From NCBI GenBank assembly GCA_964016885.1, contig OZ024740.1, positions 288,238,001 through 288,302,000 of the forward strand: a DNA stretch of 64,000 nt, given 5' to 3'. Made by a program: the position numbers and the translations under genes. This document shows, one piece after another, positions 29,261 to 41,329 of the stretch. This DNA is from Eledone cirrhosa (lineage: Eukaryota). Position 1 is the stretch's first letter. Each line of letters begins with the position of its first letter. The notes under the pieces are model-generated. The model had not been told where the DNA came from. It did no database searches and saw only the letters and a program-made list of their open reading frames with translations.

Positions 29261-29331
<71 letters not shown>

Positions 29332-29374
29332 GTTTAACAAGGTTCAATGAATTAATCAATGAATAAAGTTTCAC

Positions 29375-29645
29375 AATAGATTAGAAGCACTCTACAGCAA
29401 GGTTTTCTGGAGTTATTAATATTACTTCAAAATATTAATAAATATAGACATTCATGTGATCAAATATATTTTATTATGCATATTTACCTTGACTATATTG
29501 ATGATTATAATTCATGACTGAATTATAACCATCAACATAGTCAAGGTATGTCAGGCCTCAACTTATTTTATCTGATGAGGACGTATTGTTGAAATAGCTC
29601 AGTACCTCTGAAATATGTATAATAAAATATATTTGATCACATGAA

Positions 29646-29654
<9 letters not shown>
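29375..29654 (+). mobile_element. Nested double-hairpin insert with an HHR
   Basis: Outer arms 29442-29485 and 29611-29654, inner hairpin 29486-29547. tattttat-CTGATGA(29572)...GAAA(29610)-TATGTA-TA-ataaaata. Confidence 0.75.
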
Positions 29655-29718
<64 letters not shown>

Positions 29719-30114
29719 GGTGAGTTTTATTGTAGCACAATAATTTATTGTTTCGCCGACGGACAGCTCGAGACGCGATCATTGTGTCAAACCTGCGGGT
29801 CCAGAATCAGACAGATCCACACAATAATCGCGTCTCAAGCTGTCCGCCGGCGAAACAATTGTAACTTATTAACTTTTAATTTCAAAATCTTTTAAATTAT
29901 CTATTATCTTCCAACGGCTTTTTAATTTCTCTCTGAGAGACAATATATATTTTTTTCTCAGTTGTAAAGTCTATCACTCTCTCTCTCTCTATCACCCATC
30001 TCTCCTCCTCTCTCATCCTTCCTTCTTATACTCCCCCCCCCACCATTCTTTACTCTCACCTCTTCCTCTTCCTTACCCCCCCCCCAATCTTATACATCAA
30101 TCTTAATTTATTTT

Positions 30115-30276
30115 TCATATGTTGATTTAAAACTTCACTATTCACAAGTGTTTTTTAAGCTTCATATCATGTCTCCCTATTTTATCTGATGAGAACGCAG
30201 ATATCATCCCATGATGATATTTGTTTTTGAAATGCGCATAATAAAATACTTGGAACTCTTTTAACCATCTTTTGAT

Positions 30277-30334
<58 letters not shown>

Positions 30335-30722
30335 AGGTGAGTTTTATTGTAGTACAATAAAGCAATGCAGATATCGGATAAGAAGCACTCTACAGTCTGT
30401 AGGACTGGAGTGAGTATAAATAATAATATATAAGATCAAAAGATGGTTAAAAGAGTTCCATGTATTTTATTATGCGCATTTCAAAAGCAAATATCATCAT
30501 GCAATAACATTTGTGTTTTCATCAGATAAAATAGGAAGACATGATATGTTGATTTAAAACTGATATGTTGATTTAAAACTGCACTATTCACAAGTGTTTT
30601 TTAACCTTCATATCATGTCTTCCTATTTTATCTGATGAAAACGCAGATATCATCCCATGATGATATTTGTTTTTGAAATGCGCATAATAAAATACATGGA
30701 ACTCTTTTAACCATCTTTTGAT

Positions 30723-30727
<5 letters not shown>
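30115..30727. mobile_element. Three alternating (+,-,+) copies of an HHR-bearing tail
   Basis: HHR cores at 30186(+), 30525(-), 30632(+). 8-bp helix I tattttat/ataaaata, helix III TGCGCA. Confidence 0.85.
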
Positions 30728-30787
<60 letters not shown>

Positions 30788-31097
30788 GAATATGTATGCA
30801 TTGTGTATATTGTATATGTGTATTTGCCAATGAAAGATAAACAAATCAATATGATCCCGTGTCCTACACAGTTTTAATATTCTGAGATCGATCCATTCGT
30901 CTTTTACAAGCATGCACCTGTTCCGCTGCCATCGAAGGTTACTCTGACCTCCATCGATTGTCACGGTATATTTGCGGTCGGAGGGGGGGGGGGGGTAGGT
31001 GGATAGGTTCGATGACTATCTGTGTCAGTTTGTTTTACGGTGTTACCTTTACACGTGCAATTTATCTGGTGTTTAATGACAACAGCGACGGTGGTGG

Positions 31098-31128
<31 letters not shown>

Positions 31129-31259
31129 GTGGTGGTAAGGGTGAGGGTTGGGAGGGTGGGGTGGTGGTGATTGAAGTGATGGTGGTGGTGGTGGTGGTGG
31201 TGACGGTATCGGCGCTGGTGTGGTGGTAAGGGTGATGGGCGGGGTGAAGTGATTTTGAT

Positions 31260-34200
31260 GAGGCTGTTGATGGTGGTGGTGGTGTAGAAGATGGTGGTGG
31301 TGCTGTTGTTGATGGTAGTGTTGGTGGGGGTGTAGATGATGGTGGTGTTGTTGATGGTAGTGTTGGTGGGGGTGTAGAAGATGGTGGTGGTGTTGGTGAT
31401 GGTAGCGTTGGTGGGGGTGTAGAAGATGGTGGTGGTGGTGGTGTTGTTGATGGTAGTGTTGGTGGGGGTGTAGAAGATGGTGGTGGTGGTGGTGTTGTTG
31501 ATGGTAGTGTTGGTGGGGGTGTAGAAGATGGTGGTGGTGTTGTTGATGGTAGTGTTGGTGGGGGTGTAGATGATGGTGGTGTTGTTGATGGTAGTGTTGG
31601 TGGGGGTGTAGAAGATGGTGGTGGTGGTGTTGTTGATGGTAGTGTTGGTGGGGGTGTAGAAGATGGTGGTGGTGGTGGTGTTGTTGATGGTAGTATTGGT
31701 GGGGGTGTAGAAGATGGTGGTGGTGGTGGTGGTGTTGTTGATGGTAGTGTTGGTGGGGGTGTAGAAGATGGTGGTGGTGGTGGTGGTGTTGTTGATGGTA
31801 GTGTTGGTGGGGGTGTAGAAGATGGTGGTGGTGTTGTTGATGGTAGTGTTGGTGGGGGTGTAGAAGATGGTGGTGGTGGTGTTGTTGATGGTAGTGTTGG
31901 TGGGGGTGTAGAAGATGGTGGTGGTGGTGTTGTTGATGGTAGTGTTGGTGGGGGTGTAGAAGATGGTGGTGGTGGTGGTGTTGTTGATGGTAGTGTTGGT
32001 GGGGGTGTAGATGATGGTGGTGTTGTTGATGGTAGTGTTGGTGGGGGTGTAGAAGATGGTGGTGGTGGTGGTGTTGTTGATGGTAGTGTTGGTGGGGGTG
32101 TAGAAGATGGTGGTGGTGTTGTTGATGGTAGTGTTGGTGGGGGTGTAGAAGATGGTGGTGGTGGTGTTGTTGATGGTAGTGTTGGTGGGGGTGTAGAAGA
32201 TGGTGGTGGTGGTGGTGTTGTTGATGGTAGTGTTGGTGGGGGTGTAGATGATGGTGGTGTTGTTGATGGTAGTGTTGGTGGGGGTGTAGAAGATGGTGGT
32301 GGTGGTGGTGTTGTTGATGGTAGTGTTGGTGGGGGTGTAGAAGATGGTGGTGGTGTTGTTGATGGTAGTGTTGGTGGGGGTGTAGAAGATGGTGGTGGTG
32401 GTGTTGTTGATGGTAGTGTTGGTGGGGGTGTAGAAGATGGTGGTGGTGGTGGTGTTGTTGATGGTAGTGTTGGTGGGGGTGTAGATGATGGTGGTGTTGT
32501 TGATGGTAGTGTTGGTGGGGGTGTAGAAGATGATGGTGGTGGTGGTGTTGTTGATGGTAGTGTTGGTGGGGGTGTAGAAGATGGTGGTGGTGTTGTTGAT
32601 GGTAGTGTTGGTGGGGGTGTAGAAGATGGTGGTGGTGGTGGTGTTGTTGATGGTAGTGTTGGTGGGGGTGTAGATGTTGGTGGTGTTGTTGATGGTAGTG
32701 TTGGTGGGGGTGTAGAAGATGGTGGTGTGGTGTTGTTGGTAGTGTTGGTGGGGGTGTAGTAGATGGTGGTGGTGTTGTTGATGGTAGTGTGGTGGGGGTG
32801 TAGAAGATGGTGTGGTGGTGTTGTTGATGGTAGTGTGGTGGGGTGTAGAAGATGGTGGTGGTGGTGGTGTTGTGATGGTAGTGTTGATGGGGGTGTAGAT
32901 GATGGTGGTGTTGTTGATGGTAGTGTTGGTGGGGGTGTAGAAGATGGTGGTGGTGGTGGTGTTGTTGATGGTAGTGTTGGTGGGGGTGTAGAAGATGTGG
33001 TGGTGTGTTGATGGTAGTGTTGGTGGGGGTGTAGAAGATGGTGGTGGTGGTGTTGTTGATGGTAGTGTTGGTGGGGGTGTAGAAGATGGTGGTGTGGTGG
33101 TGTTGTTGATGGTAGTGTTGGTGGGGGTGTAGAGATGGTGGTGTTGTTGATGGTAGTGTTGGTGGGGGTGTAGAAGATGGTGGTGGTGTTGTTGATGGTA
33201 GTGTTGGTGGGGGTGTAGAGATGGTGGTGGTGTTGTTGAATGGTAGTGTTGGTGGGGGTGTAGAAGATGGTGGTGGTGGTGTTGTTGATGGTAGTGTTGG
33301 TGGGGGTGTAGAAGATGGTGGTGGGTTGTGATGGTTAGTGTTGGTGGGGGTGTAGAAGATGGTGGTGGTGTTGTTGATGAGTGTTGGTGGGGGTGGTAGA
33401 AGATGGTGGGGTGGTTGTTGATGGTAGTGTTGGTGGGTGGTAGAAGATGGTGGGTGTTGTTGATGGTAGTGTTGGTGGGGGTGTAGAAGATGGTGGTGGT
33501 GGTGTTGTGATGGTAGTGTTGGTGGGGGTGTAGAAGATGGTGGTGGTGTTGTTGATGGTAGTGTTGGTGGGGTGTAGAAAGATGGTGGTGGTGTTGTTGA
33601 TGGTAGTGTTGGTGGGGGTGTAGAAGATGGTGGTGGTGGTGTTGTTGATGGTAGTGTTGGTGGGGGTGTAGAAGATGGTGGTGGGTGTTGTTGATGGTAG
33701 TGTTGGTGGGGTGTAGAAGATGGTGGTGTGGTGTTGTTGATGGTAGTGTTGGTGGGGGTGTAGAAGATGGTGGTGGTGTTGTTGATGGTAGTGTTGGTGG
33801 GGGTGTAGAGATGGTGGTGGTCGGTGTTGTTGATGGTAGTGTTGGTGGGGGTGTAGAAGATGGGTGGTGTGGTTGTTGATGGTAGTGTTGGTGGGGTGTA
33901 GAAGATGGTGGTGTATTGTGATGGTAGTGTTGGTGGGGGTGTAGAAGATGGTGGTGGTGGTGTGTTGATGGTAGTGTTGGTGGGGGTGTAGAGATGGTGG
34001 TGGTGGTGTTGTTGATGGTAGTGTTGGTGGGGGTGTAGATGATGGTGGTGGTGTTGTTGATGGTAGTGTTGGTGGGGGTGTAGAGATGGTGGTGGTGGTG
34101 GTGTTGGGTGATGGTAGTGTTGGTGGGGGTTAGAAGATGGTGGTGGTGTTGTTGATGGTAGTGTTGGTGGGGGGTGTAGAAGATGGTGGTGGGTGGTGTT

Positions 34201-37200
34201 GTTGATGGTAGTGTTGGTGGGGGTGTAGAAGATGGTGGGTGGTGGTGGTGTTGTTGATGGTAGGTGTTGATGGGGGTGTAGATGATGGGTGGTGTTGTTG
34301 ATGGTAGTGTTGGTGGGGGTGTAGAAGATGGTGGTGGTGGTGGTGATGGGGGTGTAGATGATGGTGGTGTTGTTGATGGTAGTGTTGGTGGGGGTGTAGA
34401 AGATGGTGGTGGTGGTGGTGTTGTTGATGGTAGTGTTGGTGGGGGTGTAGAAGATGGTGGTGGTGTTGTTGATGGTAGTGTTGGTGGGGGTGTAGAAGAT
34501 GGTGGTGGTGGTGTTGTTGATGGTAGTGTTGGTGGGGGTGTAGAAGATGGTGGTGGTGGTGGTGTTGTTGATGGTAGTGTTGGTGGGGGTGTAGAATGGT
34601 GGTGTTGTTGATGGTAGTGTTGGTGGGGGTGTAGAAGATGGTGGTGGTGGTGGTGTTGTTGATGGTAGTGTTGGTGGGGGTGTAGAAGATGGTGGTGGTG
34701 TTGTTGATGGTAGTGTTGGTGGGGGTATAGAAGATGGTGGTGGTGTTGTTAATGGTAGTGTTGGTGGGGGTATAGAAGATGGTGGTGGTGTTGTTGATGG
34801 TAGTGTTGGTGGGGGTGTAGAAGATGGTGGTGGTGTTGTTGATGGTAGTGTTGGTGGGGGTGTAGAAGATGGTGGTGGTGTTGTTGATGGTAGTGTTGGT
34901 GGGGGTGTAGAAGATGGTGGTGGTGTTGTTGATGGTAGTGTTGGTGGGGGTGTAGAAGATGGTGGTGGTGTTGTTGATGGTAGTGTTGGTGGGGGTGTAG
35001 AAGATGGTGGTGGTGGTGTTGTTGATGGTGGTGTTGGTGGGGGTGTAGAAGATGGTGGTGGTGGTGTTGTTGATGGTAGTGTTGGTGGGGGTGTAGAAGA
35101 TGGTGGTGGTGTTGTTGATGGTAGTGTTGGTGGGGGTGTAGAAGATGGTGGTGGTGGTGTTGTTGATGGTAGTGTTGGTGGGGGTGTAGAAGATGGTGGT
35201 GGTGGTGTTGTTGATGGTAGTGTTGGTGGGGGTGTAGAAGATGGTGGTGGTGGTGTTGTTGATGGTAGTGTTGGTGGGGGTGTAGAAGATGGTGGTGGTG
35301 TTGTTGATGGTAGTGTTGGTGGGGGTGTAGAAGATGGTGGTGGTGGTGTTGTTGATGGTAGTGTTGGTGGGGGTGTAGAAGATGGTGGTGGTGGTGTTGT
35401 TGATGGTAGTGTTGGTGGGGGTGTAGAAGATGGTGGTGGTATTGTTGATGGTAGTGTTGGTGGGGGTGTAGAAGATGGTGGTGGTGTTGTTGATGGTAGT
35501 GTTGGTGGGGGTGTAGAAGATGGTGGTGGTGTTGTTGATGGTAGTGTTGGTGGGGGTGTAGAAGATGGTGGTGGTGGTGTTGTTGATGGTAGTGTTGGTG
35601 GGGGTGTAGAAGATGGTGGTGGTGTTGTTGATGGTAGTGTTGGTGGGGGTGTAGAAGATGGTGGTGGTGTTGTTGATGGTAGTGTTGGTGGGGTGTAGAA
35701 GATGGTGGTGGTGGTGTTGATGGTAGTGTTGGTGGGGGTGTAGAAGATGGTGGTGGTGGTAGTGTGGGTGGGGTGTAGAAGATGGTGGTGGTGGTGTTGT
35801 TGGTGATAGTGTTGGTGGGGGTGTAGAAGATGGTGGTGGTGGTTGTCTTGATGGTAGTGTTGGTGGGGTGTAGATGATGGTGGTGGTGGTGTTGTTGATG
35901 GTAGTGTTGGTGGGGGTGTAGAAGATGGTGGTGGTGGTAGTGTTGGAGGGGTGTAGATGATGGTGGTGTTGTTGATGGTAGTGTTGGTGGGGGTGTAGAA
36001 GATGGTGGTGGTGGTGGTGTTGTTGATGGTAGTGTTGGTGGGGTGTAGATGATGGTGGTGGTGGTGGTGTTGTTGATGGTAGTGTTGGTGCGGGTGTAGA
36101 AGATGGTGGTGGTGGTGGTGTTGTTGATGGTAGTGTTGGTGCGGGTGTAGAAGATGGTGGTGGTGGGGGTGTTGTTGATGGTAGTGTTGGTGGGGTGTAG
36201 ATGATGGTGGTGGTGGTGTTGTTGAAGGTAGTGTTGGTGCGGGTGTAGAAGATGGTGGTGGTGTTGTTGATGGTAGTGTTGGTGGGGGTGTAGAAGATGG
36301 TGGTGGTGGTGGTGTTGTTGATGGTAGTGTTGGTGGGGGTGTAGAAGATGGTGGTGGTGTTGTTGATGGTAGTGTTGGTGGGGGTGTAGATGATGGTGGT
36401 GTTGTTGATGGTAGTGTTGGTGGGGGTGTAGAAGATGGTGGTGGTGGTGGTGTTGTTGATGGTAGTGTTGGTGGGGGTGTAGAAGATGGTGGTGGTGTTG
36501 TTGATGGTAGTGTTGGTGGGGGTGTAGAAGATGGTGGTGGTGGTGTTGTTGATGGTAGTGTTGGTGGGGGTGTAGAAGATGGTGGTGGTGGTGGTGTTGT
36601 TGATGGTAGTATTGGTGGGGGTGTAGAAGATGGTGGTGGTGGTGGTGGTGTTGTTGATGGTAGTGTTGGTGGGGGTGTAGAAGATGGTGGTGGTGGTGGT
36701 GGTGTTGTTGATGGTAGTGTTGGTGGGGGTGTAGAAGATGGTGGTGGTGTTGTTGATGGTAGTGTTGGTGGGGGTGTAGAAGATGGTGGTGGTGGTGTTG
36801 TTGATGGTAGTGTTGGTGGGGGTGTAGAAGATGGTGGTGGTGGTGTTGTTGATGGTAGTGTTGGTGGGGGTGTAGAAGATGGTGGTGGTGGTGGTGTTGT
36901 TGATGGTAGTGTTGGTGGGGGTGTAGATGATGGTGGTGTTGTTGATGGTAGTGTTGGTGGGGGTGTAGAAGATGGTGGTGGTGGTGGTGTTGTTGATGGT
37001 AGTGTTGGTGGGGGTGTAGAAGATGGTGGTGGTGTTGTTGATGGTAGTGTTGGTGGGGGTGTAGAAGATGGTGGTGGTGGTGTTGTTGATGGTAGTGTTG
37101 GTGGGGGTGTAGAAGATGGTGGTGGTGGTGGTGTTGTTGATGGTAGTGTTGGTGGGGGTGTAGATGATGGTGGTGTTGTTGATGGTAGTGTTGGTGGGGG

Positions 37201-38350
37201 TGTAGAAGATGGTGGTGGTGGTGGTGTTGTTGATGGTAGTGTTGGTGGGGGTGTAGAAGATGGTGGTGGTGTTGTTGATGGTAGTGTTGGTGGGGGTGTA
37301 GAAGATGGTGGTGGTGGTGTTGTTGATGGTAGTGTTGGTGGGGGTGTAGAAGATGGTGGTGGTGGTGGTGTTGTTGATGGTAGTGTTGGTGGGGGTGTAG
37401 ATGATGGTGGTGTTGTTGATGGTAGTGTTGGTGGGGGTGTAGAAGATGGTGGTGGTGGTGGTGTTGATGGTAGTGTTGGTGGGGGTGTAGAAGATGGTGG
37501 TGGTGTTGTTGATGGTAGTGTTGGTGGGGGTGTAGAAGATGGTGGTGGTGGTGTTGATGGTAATGTTGGTGGTGGTTGTGGCTCTGGTGGTGTTGATGAG
37601 TGTTAGTGGTGGTGGTGGTGATGGTGGTGTTGGTGGTGGTGGTGATGGTAGTGTTGGTGGTGGTGGTGATGGGAGTGTTGTTGTTGTTGGTGGTGGTGCT
37701 GGTGCTGTTGTTGTTGGTGGTGGTGGTGTTGATGGTAGTGTTGGTGGTGGTGGTGGTGGTGGTGGTGGTGGTGGTGTTGGTGTTGGTGGTGGTGGTGGTG
37801 TTGATGGTAGTGTTGGTGGTGGTGGTGCTGGTGCTGTTGTTGGTGGTGGTGGTGGTGTTGATGGTAGTGTTGGTGGTGGTGGTGGTGGTGGTGGTGGTGG
37901 TGGTGGTGGTGGTGGTGGTGTTGGTGTTGGTGGTGGTGTTGATGGTAGTGTTGGTGGTGCTGGTGCTGGTGCTGTTGTTGTTGGTGGTGGTGGTGTTGAT
38001 GGTAGTGTTGGTAGTAGTGTTAGTGGTGGTGGTGGTGGTGGTGGTGGTGTTGGTGTTGGTGGTGGTGTTGATGGTAGTGTTGGTGGTGGTGGTGCTGGTG
38101 GTGTTGTTGTTGGTGGTGGTGGTGATAGTAGTGTAGGTGCTGGTGGTGGTGTTGATGGTAGTGTTGTTGTTGTTGGTGGAGTTGATAGTAGTGTTGGTGG
38201 TGGTAGTGTTGTTGTTGTTGGTGGAGTTGATAGTAGTGTTGGTGGTGGTGGTGGTGGTGGTGTTGATAGTAGTGTTGGTGGTGGTGGTGGTGGTGGTGTT
38301 GATGGTAGTGTTGGTATTGGTGGTGGTGGTGGTGATGGTGGTGGTGGTGG
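31260..38350. repeat. (GGT)-derived minisatellite, ~42-54-bp units, ~7 kb
   Basis: Unit gatggtagtgttggtgggggtgtagaagat(ggt)n gttgtt. Degenerates to (GGT)n-rich sequence after about 37560. Confidence 0.95.
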
Positions 38351-38452
38351 TTTTAAAGATTGAAATAACTAGTAACTTGTGTTTGACAATTGGATTGTGA
38401 TGCTGGAGATGGATGGAGTGGTAATATTATTCGTATTAGATGATATTCCTAA

Positions 38453-38660
38453 ACTGATCAATGGCAGATGACATATCGATACTGATCAATACCACCCAAC
38501 ATATCGACTCTGATCGATGACAGATGACATAATTATACTGATCAATGACAGACGACATATCAATACTTAACAATACCACCCGACATATCGACCCTGATCG
38601 ATGACAGGTGACATATCTACACTGATTAGTGTCAGCTGCTATATCATATTGATCAATGAC
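38453..38660. repeat. Degenerate ~30-bp tandem repeat
   Basis: Recurrent ctgatcaatgacagatgacatatcgata variants. Confidence 0.6.
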
Positions 38661-39013
38661 ATTTTACACATCATTGCCGAGGTTGACTTTGCCTTTCATC
38701 CTTACGGGGTCGATAAAATAAAGTACCAGTAATGCACTGGGTAATTGCTGGCCTTGTGCCTAAAGTAGAAACAATTATTAATCAATAATAATATATTTTG
38801 ACAATGATCAATGACATATTACATAACAAACAATGACATATCACACTAAACAATTATCAATTTCCCACCCATACCAGCTTATTCCACCCACCCTCTATTG
38901 TTTGGGATCCGAGAGTATAAACGATTTCAGTGAACTTCTTATCGTGTCCACAACAGTGTCAGCTACAAAACTTGGCTAGTTGTGGTTCCGCCACAGCTGA
39001 ACATATTGCTGAC

Positions 39014-39069
39014 CTTTCTCATTAAACTCTGCCAAGTCCAATGCTGTGCAGGGGTGTTCCAGCAGTCAA
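39014..39069 (-). CDS. Candidate 56-nt internal exon of an unidentified host gene
   Basis: ttttctgtttttAG acceptor and AAG|GTCAGC donor. Phase 1/0, encodes (F)DCWNTPAQHWTWQSLMRK. Confidence 0.35.
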
Positions 39070-39229
39070 CTAAAAACAGAAAAATGATTGATAAAATGAT
39101 ATAAAAGAATTGCTTCTTTTTATTTGCTGTTTCATTTCCATTGATTAAAAATTAGTTTTTATTTGCCTCTCCAAGAGCTAGCTCGTGCTTGTCTATGTGT
39201 TCTTTATGTAAAGGCACCCTTTCCAATGT

Positions 39230-39424
39230 CAGACCTGCCAACGTCTAAAACCTCAAATGGGGAGTACCATGAAAAAGAGTGCTCCAAAACGGTGAAAAAT
39301 TAGGCAAAATAGGTAAATTTTACATAATGAAAGCTATACTTATTTTCACAAGAGAAGACATCTCTAACCTACCCCAAAATGGGTGGGAGATCTCCTTATC
39401 GGACGGGGAGAGTTGACAGGTCTG
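39230..39424. mobile_element. MITE-like element with 13-bp TIRs
   Basis: cagacctgccaac ... gttgacaggtctg (1 mismatch). Flanks caatgt/aaatgt may be a TSD. Confidence 0.55.
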
Positions 39425-39612
39425 AAATGTTGTTATTTTGAATTGCCTAATCAGTGAATCAATTTCACAACAAAGCTATATCTCCTCAAAGTTGTTCTAT
39501 GATCCTACATATGTTAAGCAATACTCAGAACCGGCACCCGGATGTAAAGTGCCTTAGACTAGCTCTACAATGTATTCCCCATTCTCCCCCACCCCAAATA
39601 ATTCCAACTTAC

Positions 39613-39661
39613 ATTTGAAAAGCTGACGTATCTGGTCTTCATAATTTTTACTCTGATCACA
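39613..39661 (-). CDS. Candidate 49-nt internal exon of an unidentified host gene
   Basis: ttttcttAG acceptor and consensus GTAAGT donor. Encodes CDQSKNYEDQIRQLFK + 1 nt, in phase with 39014-39069. Confidence 0.35.
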
Positions 39662-40479
39662 CTAAGAAAATTACTAACTCTGCATTTTCACTATGCTGTC
39701 CATATTCTCCCACGCCAAATTATGTAACAGGTCATAACACTATACGACCCTCTCCACAGCTTTGAGTATTTCCACAACGCCACTACGCAGTAAAAATGCT
39801 TAGTGATTTTTTTTAGCACAAAAAATGCTTATATATTTAATCTAATTATAGTATTTGTATAAAACTTCGATCATTTAAGCTTCAGTAATGCGCCTCTATA
39901 TTGTCTGCGCTCTCGGTAGCTGGTTAGTAGGAGATAATGGTACCGCCGTTCCTGACCATACTTCGCTGTTGAGGCCTAATAAAACCAAACATGCCCAGAG
40001 TTATCACTCTATTTTCCAAATATATATCAGTATATCTCCATTTATTTGTTAATGAATTTAGATTTAGGAATTCTCTTCCTAGCTTTCTTTGAAAAAAAAA
40101 ATGTTGTTAGCGCTAATGACTTTTCTTCCCATTAGATGTTTAATTTCAATTAATTAATAATTACTTTTAGCTCACTTCACAAAGTAATGTTAGCCCACAA
40201 TTAACTATAAGATGGTCACAATTCCCCACCGCCATTAAGACAGACACCATACATTGACAGAAAAAGAAAGAATTGGAACAAGAAAGAGAAAAGGTAAGAA
40301 GGTGAAGGATGGAGAGAGATAGAGAAACAGACCAGCAGACATACAGTTGCAGAGTCACAGATAGAGAAAGAGAGTGGGGTGAGATGGAGAAAGAGACAAA
40401 GAGGTAGGGAAGGCTGACTGGCAAACAGACAGAGACGGAGGCAGCAAACAGAGAGAAACAGACAGACAATCAGAGAGAG

Positions 40480-40495
40480 AGAGGGAGGGGAGAGT

Positions 40496-40532
<37 letters not shown>

Positions 40533-40600
40533 TGAGTGAGAGGTGTCAACTACTAGACAGCCAGAGACAGAAAATTAAGCTAGAGAAACTGAATGACAGC

Positions 40601-40664
<64 letters not shown>

Positions 40665-40801
40665 GGGGGGAGAAAGAGAGAGAGAAATAGAGAGAGCGAG
40701 TGAGAGAGATAGAGAAATAGAGAAAGAAAGAGAGAGAGAGAAAATAGGAGAGAAAAATAGAGAGAGAGAGAAATAAAGGGATAAAGAGAGACAGAGAGAG
40801 G

Positions 40802-40875
<74 letters not shown>
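40480..40875. repeat. (GA)n microsatellite region
   Basis: Direct inspection. Confidence 0.9.
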
Positions 40876-41173
40876 TTAGCAGGTCAGTGAAATGAAAGAA
40901 AGATTTACATCCTGAACAAATAACATCTCAAATTTGAGTTAATCAATAGTTTAGTACCAATGTCAGACAGGTGACATAGAAGAGTTTTATTCGGTGAGAC
41001 ATGCTGTTGGTACTCAGTAAAACGAACAACTCTTTGGAGTTAACAGTTAATTATATATCTACCTACTTACCGCATACCTACATGATAGGCACACATATAT
41101 ACACGCACACGTACTCTCACGCAACACATGTGATCATATTACTCATAAGTACACATACACGCATCCGGATACA

Positions 41174-41226
<53 letters not shown>

Positions 41227-41329
41227 ACGTGCGCACGTCTCAATGCGAAAAGTGTAAACAAAAACAAGTGGTTGACTTAAGAAGCATTAAGAGAAAACAA
41301 ACAAAAACCAGGATAACCTAACTAAGAAT

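Noticed and set aside
31260-38400. Gly/Val-rich (+) or mucin-like Pro/Thr-rich (-) protein from the minisatellite
   Set aside because: The C/A-rich strand is stop-free in all frames by composition, and triplet periodicity follows from its (GGT)n origin. No convincing start or unique domain.
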